From: Candidatus Saccharimonadota bacterium
GTDB taxonomy: Bacteria; Patescibacteriota; Saccharimonadia; Saccharimonadales; UBA4665
Reading direction: 5' to 3'
Length of the DNA: 32,000 nt
Assembly (NCBI GenBank): GCA_003516025.1
Contig: CP023991.1
Coordinates: forward strand, 480,001-512,000
Translations under genes and position numbers: made by a program
Notes under the pieces: model-generated
Told to the model about the DNA's origin: nothing
Databases searched by the model: none
What the model saw: the letters and a program-made list of their open reading frames with translations, nothing else
In this document: positions 9,536 to 16,946 of the stretch, piece by piece
Position numbering within the stretch: position 1 is the first letter of the stretch
Layout of the letters: each line of letters opens with the position of its first letter

Positions 9536-10499
9536 TTTATACTTGGCAGATTTAAGCGGCGAGCTACAGCAGGAGCCGATTCGTAAGGGATTCGGCCGTG
9601 GCCTGTTGGAGGCGGGTAAGCGGAATGAAAACGTTGTTGCCGCTTGCGCCGACCTCACTGAATCAACCCAGATGCACCTGTTTAAGGAACAGTTTCCTGA
9701 ACGTTTCGTGGAAATCGGCGTCGCCGAGCAAAATCTGGTAACCGTCGGTTCCGGCTTGGCAGCAATGGGCAAGATTCCTTTTGTCAGCTCGTACGCCGCT
9801 TTTAGTCCTGGGCGAAACTGGGAACAAATCCGCACGACTATTTGTTTGAATGAAATGCCCGTCCGGGTTGTCGGCTCGCATGCTGGCGTATCCGTCGGGC
9901 CTGACGGCGCGACCCACCAGATGCTGGAGGACATCGCGCTCATGCGCGTACTGCCGCACATGGTGGTAATTTGCCCGGGAGATTCTTTGGAGGCTGAAAA
10001 GGTGACTTTAGCACTGGCTGAAGACAAACGTCCGGCTTACCTGCGTCTAGCCCGCGAGGCAACACCCATTATTACGACCGCTAAAACACCCTTCGAAATC
10101 GGCAAAGCCTACGTATACAACGCCGGCGCCGATGTAACTATCATCACGACTGGCTCCATGACCTATCAAGCACTGGCGGCGGCTGAAAAGTTGTACAAAG
10201 ACGGCATTGAGGCCGAGGTGATTCATGTGCCGACTATCAAACCGTTAGACCGTGAAACGATTCTCAAAAGTGTCCGCAAAACCCGTTGTGTGGTAACAGC
10301 CGAAGAAGCTCAGGCTGCCGGCGGGCTGGGCGGTGCGATTGCCGAACTGCTGGCCGATGAATGCCCGGCGCCTATGGTACGAATTGGTATGAAAGATCGT
10401 TTTGGTGAGTCGGGCGCGCCCAACGAGCTGTTAGAATACTTTGGTTTGGATGCCAAGCACATCCGTTTAGCGGCTCATCACGTGGTCGACCGCAAGTAG
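9528..10499 (+). CDS. Transketolase, C-terminal (pyrimidine-binding plus C-terminal domain) subunit
   Basis: 323 aa. It carries FVEIGVAEQNLV and GPDGATHQMLEDIALMR. The start overlaps the tktN stop by 8 nt (ATGAGTAA). An AGGAG SD is present. Confidence 0.95.
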   Translation: MSNLYLADLSGELQQEPIRKGFGRGLLEAGKRNENVVAACADLTESTQMHLFKEQFPERFVEIGVAEQNLVTVGSGLAAMGKIPFVSSYAAFSPGRNWEQIRTTICLNEMPVRVVGSHAGVSVGPDGATHQMLEDIALMRVLPHMVVICPGDSLEAEKVTLALAEDKRPAYLRLAREATPIITTAKTPFEIGKAYVYNAGADVTIITTGSMTYQALAAAEKLYKDGIEAEVIHVPTIKPLDRETILKSVRKTRCVVTAEEAQAAGGLGGAIAELLADECPAPMVRIGMKDRFGESGAPNELLEYFGLDAKHIRLAAHHVVDRK

Positions 10500-10539
10500 A
10501 AATAGCGTATAGTTTTATCTATCAGGAAATAACCGCACT

Positions 10540-10583
10540 TTAGAATTGTACGTTACAACGTACGCTCCAGTGTACAATTCTAA
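10540..10583 (+). repeat. Perfect 12-bp inverted repeat (possible tkt terminator or regulatory hairpin)
   Basis: TTAGAATTGTAC (10540-10551) and GTACAATTCTAA (10572-10583) are separated by 20 nt. A T5 run starts 8 nt downstream. It lies in the largest noncoding gap of the window. Confidence 0.45.
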
Positions 10584-10695
10584 CTTTGAGGTTTTTGGTA
10601 ACCGCAAAACGAATCAACAGGGAGCCTAGTGGCAATTTAAAACATAAGCATGTATAATGCGGCTAAAGCATAAGTATAAAAGGGTGGGACAATAA

Positions 10696-11610
10696 ATGCC
10701 GTTAACACTTCGTCAAATTCGTCAAAATTGCGCTGACGCGCGCGAGACCATGGAGCGGGCTCGCCGCGAACACTACGCGCTAGGCGCTTTCAATCTCGAT
10801 AACCAGGAAACACTGCGGGCGGTCGCACAGGCTGCCAAGAATAAAAACGCGCCGGTGCTGGTAGAAATCAGCCAAGGTGAAGTGGATGCCCTGGGCCTGG
10901 AAAACGTCCGCGATATGGTCGACAACTACAAGGCTATCCTGGGCATCGAAATGTATATCAACCTGGATCACTCGCCATCGGTGGCAGCCGCGAAAGCCGG
11001 TATTGACGCCGGTTACGAATTTATTCACATCGACATTTCACAGGCACAGCATGACGCTACCGAAGAAGAGATTATCGCGGCGACCCGTGAGGTAGTCGAA
11101 TATGCGGAGATGACCGGCGCCTTGGTCGAAAGCGAGCCGCATTACTTCGGCGGCAGTTCAAATTTCCATACGGAAAAAATTGATTATAATGAAATCCGCA
11201 AGACTTTCAGCACGCCAGAAGGCGCCTATCATTTTGTGAAGTCGACAGGAATTGACACTTTCGCGGCTGCCGTGGGCAACCTCCATGGAAAGTATCCGGT
11301 ACCAAAGAAAATCGACCTGGAACTGCTGCAGCAGATCCGTAACGCCATTGACTGTAACATATCACTGCACGGCGGCAGCGGCACGCCCGGACACTACTTC
11401 GTGGACGCGGTGAAGATCGGTGTCACAAAAGTGAACATCAACTCCGATATGCGCTATGCCTACCGCAAGACATTAGAAAAGGTACTGGCTGATGACCCGA
11501 CTGAGTACGCTGTGGTAAAACTGATGCCAAAAGTCATCGCTGCTGTCCAGGAGGTAGTCGAAAGCAAGATTGACACCTTTAACAGCACCGGCAAGGCCTG
11601 GATCCGATAA
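10696..11610 (+). CDS. fba: Fructose-bisphosphate aldolase, class II
   Basis: 304 aa. It has the FbaA/TBP-aldolase family layout: GAFN, NLDHS, the HIDIS region, LHGGSG, and INSDMR. An AAGGGTGGG SD is present. Confidence 0.93.
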   Translation: MPLTLRQIRQNCADARETMERARREHYALGAFNLDNQETLRAVAQAAKNKNAPVLVEISQGEVDALGLENVRDMVDNYKAILGIEMYINLDHSPSVAAAKAGIDAGYEFIHIDISQAQHDATEEEIIAATREVVEYAEMTGALVESEPHYFGGSSNFHTEKIDYNEIRKTFSTPEGAYHFVKSTGIDTFAAAVGNLHGKYPVPKKIDLELLQQIRNAIDCNISLHGGSGTPGHYFVDAVKIGVTKVNINSDMRYAYRKTLEKVLADDPTEYAVVKLMPKVIAAVQEVVESKIDTFNSTGKAWIR

Positions 11611-11676
11611 AGTTGTAATTGTATTAGCATAAGCTGTATACTACGAGTAAATAATATGAAGTGGTGGGATTTATCA

Positions 11677-12681
11677 ATGAGCGACAAAATTGACGTCTTG
11701 AGCATCGGCGACATAGTAACTGATGCTTTTATCAAGCTGGCCGACGATCAGGCGTGGACCTATGTGGATGAACATGGCCGCAAAGTCCTGGCAATGGAAT
11801 TCGGCACTAAAGTTCCGTTTGCCGACGCTAATGTGGTTACGGCCGTAGGTAATGCCGCTAACGCGGCAGTGGCCTTCGCGCGGCTTGGCCTGAACAGCGG
11901 TTTCGTGACTAATGTCGGCGGCGACCAGGAAGGCCGCGACATGATTACGGCGCTGCATAACGAGCACATCGATACTCGTTTCGTACGTGTCAACCCAGGT
12001 CTTAAAAGCAACTACCACTACGTTTTGCGCTACGGTGCCGAGCGGACTATCCTTATTAAGCATGAAGAGTATGATTATCACTGGCCGTCGCTAAAGCCCG
12101 CCGAAGTACCGGCGTGGCTGTACTTCAGTTCCATTAGCGAGCACGCAATTCCTTATCATGATCATGTCGCTGATTGGCTGGACGAAAACCCCGACGTTAA
12201 ATTAGCCTTCCAGCCTGGAACGTTCCAGATGGAAGCTGGCGCCGAGCGCCTCAAGCGCCTGTATGCCCGTAGCGAGGTACTGATTCTGAACCGTGAAGAA
12301 GCCGTGCTGGTTGGCGGCGGTAATCACGAAGATTTGCATGACCTGATTAACAAGCTCCATGACCTCGGCGCCAAAATCGTCGTAGTAACCGACGGTCCTG
12401 ACGGTGCTTACGCCAGCGATGGTGAAAATCGCTTTAGAATGCCTCTCTATCCTGATCCAGCTGAGCCGGTCGATCGCACTGGTGCTGGCGATGCTTTTGC
12501 CAGTACCTTCGTCGCCGCGCTTATCAAGGGTAACAGTCTGGAGGGCGCGCTTCAGTGGGCACCGATCAACTCTATGAATGTTGTCCAAAAACTTGGTGCC
12601 CAAGCCGGTCTGCTGTCCGAGAAAGAACTCGAAGAATATTTACGCAGCTCACCCGAGTGGTACCGTCCGGAGCGGTTCTAG
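11677..12681 (+). CDS. PfkB/ribokinase-family sugar (phosphate) kinase, substrate unknown
   Basis: It has N-terminal VLSIGDIVTD and the C-terminal anion-hole/catalytic motif DRTGAGDAFASTF. I prefer ATG 11677 (GGTGGG SD 8 nt upstream) over the track start at 11656. Confidence 0.85.
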   Translation: MSDKIDVLSIGDIVTDAFIKLADDQAWTYVDEHGRKVLAMEFGTKVPFADANVVTAVGNAANAAVAFARLGLNSGFVTNVGGDQEGRDMITALHNEHIDTRFVRVNPGLKSNYHYVLRYGAERTILIKHEEYDYHWPSLKPAEVPAWLYFSSISEHAIPYHDHVADWLDENPDVKLAFQPGTFQMEAGAERLKRLYARSEVLILNREEAVLVGGGNHEDLHDLINKLHDLGAKIVVVTDGPDGAYASDGENRFRMPLYPDPAEPVDRTGAGDAFASTFVAALIKGNSLEGALQWAPINSMNVVQKLGAQAGLLSEKELEEYLRSSPEWYRPERF

Positions 12682-12704
12682 CGATAGTACTATCATCACG
12701 CTTG

Positions 12705-12713
12705 TGGTAATCT
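12705..12713 (+). promoter_or_regulatory. Extended -10 element (TGGTAATCT) positioned for a leaderless transcript of the 415-aa ORF
   Basis: The TGnTAnnnT match ends 7 nt before the ATG at 12721. No SD-like sequence lies in between. Confidence 0.45.
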
Positions 12714-12720
12714 GATATAT

Positions 12721-13968
12721 ATGACGAGGGCACTTTCCGAACTCCTGGGGGCGCGCGAACCGGCTTTTCACATGCATCTGCAGCAGCTGGAAAGAAACGC
12801 CGGTGCTCCGAGCGCTGACATCCGTTTGTCAGTTGAGGTGCAGCAGCGCATGCGGCAAACCATCACGGCGCTAGGCCTGGACGCCGATGATACTACGGGC
12901 CGTGAACTATATGCTGCCCTTGGCCAGCGTTTATGTGCCGATGAAGCAGCCTTCGCGAAAGCTTTAGAGAAGGGTTCTACAAAAATAGACGACCCGATTA
13001 CGCGCGTCGCAATGACGCTTAAGCAGCACATCGAGCCAACTAAGGTATTTGCCCTGAAGCCATCAGTGGCAAAGCGGTTGTTGAAAGCCCTGATGCCTAA
13101 AAAAACCATGAAAGCCCTGGGCTATCGTTCGGTTGATTCGATGTTAAAGCATGAGGCGGTAGCAAGCTTATTCGCCGCCGCCTGGTTACTGGAAACAGAG
13201 CAGTGGATACGCCGCATGCACACCGCCTACGGTAAGCTCAGTCCCACTGACTTCGAGACGCGTGAGATTAGTATTGATCACCCGAATTCCAAGCGCTGGC
13301 AATTGCTGGCTGAAACCACAGTAGCCACTAAGAAGCACAATATTGTCAGTTTTAAAGAGCTTGGTGCCGTCGTTCTGCTGCCACTTCCAAGCGAGGCGAA
13401 ACGGCCTGAGCTGCCATTGTTAGCCACTGCTATTTTGACACTCCATGCCGTTAATGATATTTATGCCGCGTCGACATTCCTCAAGCTACATCAGCTGCAG
13501 GGACAGTTTGGGCAAGTTGTTAAAACTGTCGCCCTCGGCAAGGCAACGGTAAGCGCTACTTTTCTTGACCAGCCGATATCGTGGGCCATGGTACAGCGTT
13601 TCTATGCTCGTTTTAGCCACTTGGTCCATGATGAGATTTTAGAAGGCCTGGAACTAACGGTTGAGGCGAAAGATTTTGCCTGGCAGGGTGTTGAGCAGAC
13701 TCTTGCCCGGATTGAACCTTCTCTGCAAATGTGGGCCGATACCCACCACGTTGCGCATTATGACGTTAGCGGCCCGGTTTCCGCTAACCTAACCGACCTG
13801 GTATTGAGCCACTGCAACAAATTACCGTACGAACAGCGTCTTATTCAGCACTTCAGGCATGAGCTGCGTACGGAACTATCCCTGCGTTACCTCAGTTTTG
13901 AACGTTTGCAGCAAACAGTTCATGAGCAACTACACCGGCAGTTCGCGTTCGAACCAGTAACGGCTTAA
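12721..13968 (+). CDS. Hypothetical protein, 415 aa, no recognisable domain
   Basis: It is a long uninterrupted ORF filling the gap between the kinase and the LOG-like gene. It has no TM segments, a helix-favouring composition (L/A/Q/E-rich) and a His-rich C-terminal third. I could not match any catalytic or binding motif. Confidence 0.7.
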   Translation: MTRALSELLGAREPAFHMHLQQLERNAGAPSADIRLSVEVQQRMRQTITALGLDADDTTGRELYAALGQRLCADEAAFAKALEKGSTKIDDPITRVAMTLKQHIEPTKVFALKPSVAKRLLKALMPKKTMKALGYRSVDSMLKHEAVASLFAAAWLLETEQWIRRMHTAYGKLSPTDFETREISIDHPNSKRWQLLAETTVATKKHNIVSFKELGAVVLLPLPSEAKRPELPLLATAILTLHAVNDIYAASTFLKLHQLQGQFGQVVKTVALGKATVSATFLDQPISWAMVQRFYARFSHLVHDEILEGLELTVEAKDFAWQGVEQTLARIEPSLQMWADTHHVAHYDVSGPVSANLTDLVLSHCNKLPYEQRLIQHFRHELRTELSLRYLSFERLQQTVHEQLHRQFAFEPVTA

Positions 13969-13995
13969 ACAGTTAAACAGACTAAAAGGAATAAT

Positions 13996-14562
13996 ATGTA
14001 TCAGATTTGTGTATCAGGGGCCGCTAAAGGCGAAAGCGTTGAAGAAGGTAAAGAATTAGCGCTGCAAGTAGGCGCGGCCATCGCGCAGGCCGGCCATGCC
14101 CTTATGACCGGCGCGACAGTCGGCCTGCCAAATTATGCTGCCGAAGGCTATAAAGCCGCCGGCGGTACCATGAGTTTTGGCATATCACCGGCTAGCAGTA
14201 AAGTGGAGCATGTCCGCAAGTACCGCCTGCCCACTGAAGCTTACGACGTCATTTTGTATAGCGGCCTGCACTACGTCGGCCGCGACTCTTTACTAATTAC
14301 TTCTTCTGACGCGGTTGTCAGTATCGGCGGGCGCCTCGGTACTTTGCACGAATTCACTATCGCCATGGAGAGTGATACGCCAATCGCGTTCCTGCAGGGC
14401 GCAGGTGGTGTATCTGAGCAAATCGGGGCACTATTGGAACTGGCTACACCGCTGAAGAGCGGGGCGATCGTACAGTTTAATACTGATCCGGATGAGCTGG
14501 TGCATAACCTCACGAAGGCGCTCGACAATGAACTGGGCGCACTCAAGAGTCTCTACTACTAG
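13996..14562 (+). CDS. TIGR00725/LOG-like (SLOG superfamily) Rossmannoid protein
   Basis: 188 aa. It has the N-terminal ICVSGAA glycine-rich strand, TGATVGL, and the LOG-type GGxGTxxE motif (IGGRLGTLHEF). An AAAAGGA SD is present. Confidence 0.8.
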   Translation: MYQICVSGAAKGESVEEGKELALQVGAAIAQAGHALMTGATVGLPNYAAEGYKAAGGTMSFGISPASSKVEHVRKYRLPTEAYDVILYSGLHYVGRDSLLITSSDAVVSIGGRLGTLHEFTIAMESDTPIAFLQGAGGVSEQIGALLELATPLKSGAIVQFNTDPDELVHNLTKALDNELGALKSLYY

Positions 14563-14589
14563 CTCTTATACGGCGTTATTGCTTAAACT

Positions 14590-14598
14590 TGCTACAAT
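14590..14598 (+). promoter_or_regulatory. Extended -10 element (TGCTACAAT) positioned for leaderless uvrB
   Basis: The TGnTAnnnT match ends 6 nt before the GTG start at 14605, with no SD. Confidence 0.45.
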
Positions 14599-14604
14599 AT
14601 ATTA

Positions 14605-16569
14605 GTGAGTAAACTCAAACTGCATAGCGACTATACACCTCAGGGAGACCAGCCTGCTGCCGTGGCGCAGTTAGTAAAAGGTATTAATGAGGGGCTGCAT
14701 CACCAAACGCTGCTTGGCGTGACCGGTTCTGGTAAGACGTTTACCATGGCGAATATCATCGAAAAGGTACAAAAGCCAACGCTGATACTGAGCCACAACA
14801 AAACTCTGGCAGCGCAGCTGTACGGTGAGTTTAAGAACTTTTTTCCGGAAAATGCCGTCCACTATTTTGTCAGTTATTTCGATTACTACCAGCCGGAAGC
14901 CTATATTGCCCGTTCTGACACATTTATCGAAAAAGACAGCCAGATTAACGAAGAAATCGACCGGTTGCGCCATGCTGCCACCGACGCGCTCCTCAGCCGC
15001 CGCGACGTAGTAATTGTTGCCAGTGTGAGTTGTATTTATGGCATTGGTTCGGTCGAAGACTATGATGGTTTGTCTATCAATGTCGCTCGTAATGAACGTA
15101 GGGTACGCGACAAGTTCCTGCGCCAGTTAACCGACATCCAGTATCAGCGTAATGACGTCGATTTCCACCGTGGAACCTTCCGGGTCCGTGGTGACGTGGT
15201 GGACGTATTTCCTGCCGGTGAAGAAGTAGCCTATCGTATTGAATTTTTTGGCGATGAAGTGGACCGCATCACCCGCCTGGAGCCATTGACCGGAGAAATT
15301 TTAGCTAACCTCGATGAACTGAAAATCTTCCCAAGTTCCCATTACGTGACGCCGCACGACAAACTCAAAGTCGCCCTAGGGCACATCGAACACGAACTTG
15401 ACCAGCGTTTAGCCCAGTTCCGCCTAGAAGGCAAGTTACTCGAAGCTCAGCGCCTGGAGCAGCGTACCCGTTTCGACCTGGAAATGCTGGAAGAAACCGG
15501 TTTCGTGAAGGGGATTGAGAACTACAGCCGTTACTTAACGAACCGCGAACCGGGCGAGCAACCGGCCACCCTGATGGACTATTTCCCGGACGACTACCTC
15601 TTGTTGGTCGACGAAAGCCACATGACCATTCCGCAGATCCGCGGCATGTATAACGGCGACCGGGCCCGCAAGGAAGTGTTGGTGGAGCATGGCTTCCGCC
15701 TGCCAAGCGCCCTCGACAACCGGCCACTGACGTTTACTGAGTATGAACGCCATGTAAACCAGGCTGTTTATGTCTCGGCGACGCCGGCCGATTATGAAAT
15801 CTCGCGCAGTCCCGAACCTGCCCGCCAGGTTATCCGCCCAACCGGGCTGTTGGATCCGGTTATCGAAGTCCGTCCGATCGAAGGCCAGATCGACGACTTG
15901 ATAGGTGAAATCCGCGACACAATCGCTAAGCGCCAGCGTATACTCATTACGACGTTAACCAAGCGTATGTCCGAAGACCTTACCGAGTACTTAAAGGAAC
16001 TAAACATTAAAGTCGCCTACCTGCACAGCGATGTCGACACGCTTGACCGTACGGATATTCTGCGGGACCTGCGTCTCGGTACGTATGATGTCGTAGTCGG
16101 CATCAACCTGTTGCGTGAAGGTCTCGACTTACCCGAAGTCTCGTTGGTAGCAATACTGGACGCCGACAAGGAAGGTTTTTTACGCAGCGAATCAGCCTTA
16201 ATCCAAACTATCGGCCGCGCCGCCCGCCACGTGGAGGGCCGGGTGATTATGTACGCCGATAACATCACCCGCAGCATGAAGGCAGCCATGGACGAGACGA
16301 CGAACCGCCGAGCGATCCAGGAGACGTACAACAACGAGCATGGTATTACGCCGACTGGTATTTCGCGTGCCGTGGAAAAGGGGATGCGCCCCGACTTACC
16401 TGAAGAGGCTAAAAAGGCCAAACTGGATCTTAAGAAAATTCCCAAGGATGAATACAAGCATCTATTGAAAGATTTGAACCGGCAAATGGAGCTGGCGGCG
16501 GCTAACCTGCAGTTCGAGCAGGCGGCCGAGCTGCGCGATGTCATCAATGACATCAAAGCCAAAATGTAA
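14605..16569 (+). CDS. uvrB: Excinuclease ABC subunit B
   Basis: 654 aa. Its N-terminus [37 protein letters not shown] is collinear with the E. coli UvrB N-terminus. It has a DESH box, helicase motifs and the C-terminal UVR domain (FEQAAELRD). GTG is the only in-frame start after the upstream stop. Confidence 0.97.
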   Translation: MSKLKLHSDYTPQGDQPAAVAQLVKGINEGLHHQTLLGVTGSGKTFTMANIIEKVQKPTLILSHNKTLAAQLYGEFKNFFPENAVHYFVSYFDYYQPEAYIARSDTFIEKDSQINEEIDRLRHAATDALLSRRDVVIVASVSCIYGIGSVEDYDGLSINVARNERRVRDKFLRQLTDIQYQRNDVDFHRGTFRVRGDVVDVFPAGEEVAYRIEFFGDEVDRITRLEPLTGEILANLDELKIFPSSHYVTPHDKLKVALGHIEHELDQRLAQFRLEGKLLEAQRLEQRTRFDLEMLEETGFVKGIENYSRYLTNREPGEQPATLMDYFPDDYLLLVDESHMTIPQIRGMYNGDRARKEVLVEHGFRLPSALDNRPLTFTEYERHVNQAVYVSATPADYEISRSPEPARQVIRPTGLLDPVIEVRPIEGQIDDLIGEIRDTIAKRQRILITTLTKRMSEDLTEYLKELNIKVAYLHSDVDTLDRTDILRDLRLGTYDVVVGINLLREGLDLPEVSLVAILDADKEGFLRSESALIQTIGRAARHVEGRVIMYADNITRSMKAAMDETTNRRAIQETYNNEHGITPTGISRAVEKGMRPDLPEEAKKAKLDLKKIPKDEYKHLLKDLNRQMELAAANLQFEQAAELRDVINDIKAKM

Positions 16570-16630
16570 CGCGCCACAGATTCCTTAGGCGCTTTTCCCG
16601 AGGATGTGTCTAAACAAGTCTTGCGCAGTC

Positions 16631-16639
16631 TGCTATAGT
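16631..16639 (+). promoter_or_regulatory. Extended -10 element (TGCTATAGT) upstream of gatC
   Basis: The TGnTAnnnT match ends 9 nt before the ATG at 16649, and there is no SD. This implies a leader of at most 2-3 nt. Confidence 0.4.
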
Positions 16640-16648
16640 TAAGTAAAT

Positions 16649-16942
16649 ATGGCCGACCTCACACGGGACGATATCCTTAAATTAGCGCGTTTAAGCCGCA
16701 TTGACCTCGAAGATTCCGAGGTTGCTAGTTATCTGTCTGAAATGGCGGAGATTATCAAATATGTCGAACTGCTGCAGTCAGTAGATACCACCGGCTTGGC
16801 GCCGACCGCTCAAGTTACCGGTCTGACAAATGTTATGCGTGAAGATGAGACGTGGGATTACGGCTATCCCGCGCACGACCTCATGAAAAATGTACCGGCC
16901 ACCGAAAAAGATCAGATCAGGGTCAAAAGGATGATAGGTTAG
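16649..16942 (+). CDS. gatC: Asp/Glu-tRNA amidotransferase subunit C
   Basis: 97 aa. It has the typical GatC sequence ILKLARLSRIDLEDSE...I..YVELL..VDT, and it lies directly upstream of gatA. Confidence 0.9.
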   Translation: MADLTRDDILKLARLSRIDLEDSEVASYLSEMAEIIKYVELLQSVDTTGLAPTAQVTGLTNVMREDETWDYGYPAHDLMKNVPATEKDQIRVKRMIG

Positions 16943-16946
16943 ACTG

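Noticed and set aside
13600-13640. An RFSHLVH (R-x5-H) string in the 415-aa orphan, considered as a second HEPN motif.
   Set aside because: It is a lone short pattern in a large His-rich protein with no supporting context (no N after R, not near a domain C-terminus). It is easily explained by chance.
16571-16596. Hairpin GCGCC-N12-GGCGC followed by TTTT after uvrB, considered as a terminator.
   Set aside because: The stem is only 5 bp with a 12-nt loop. It is plausible but not supportable as a confident terminator.
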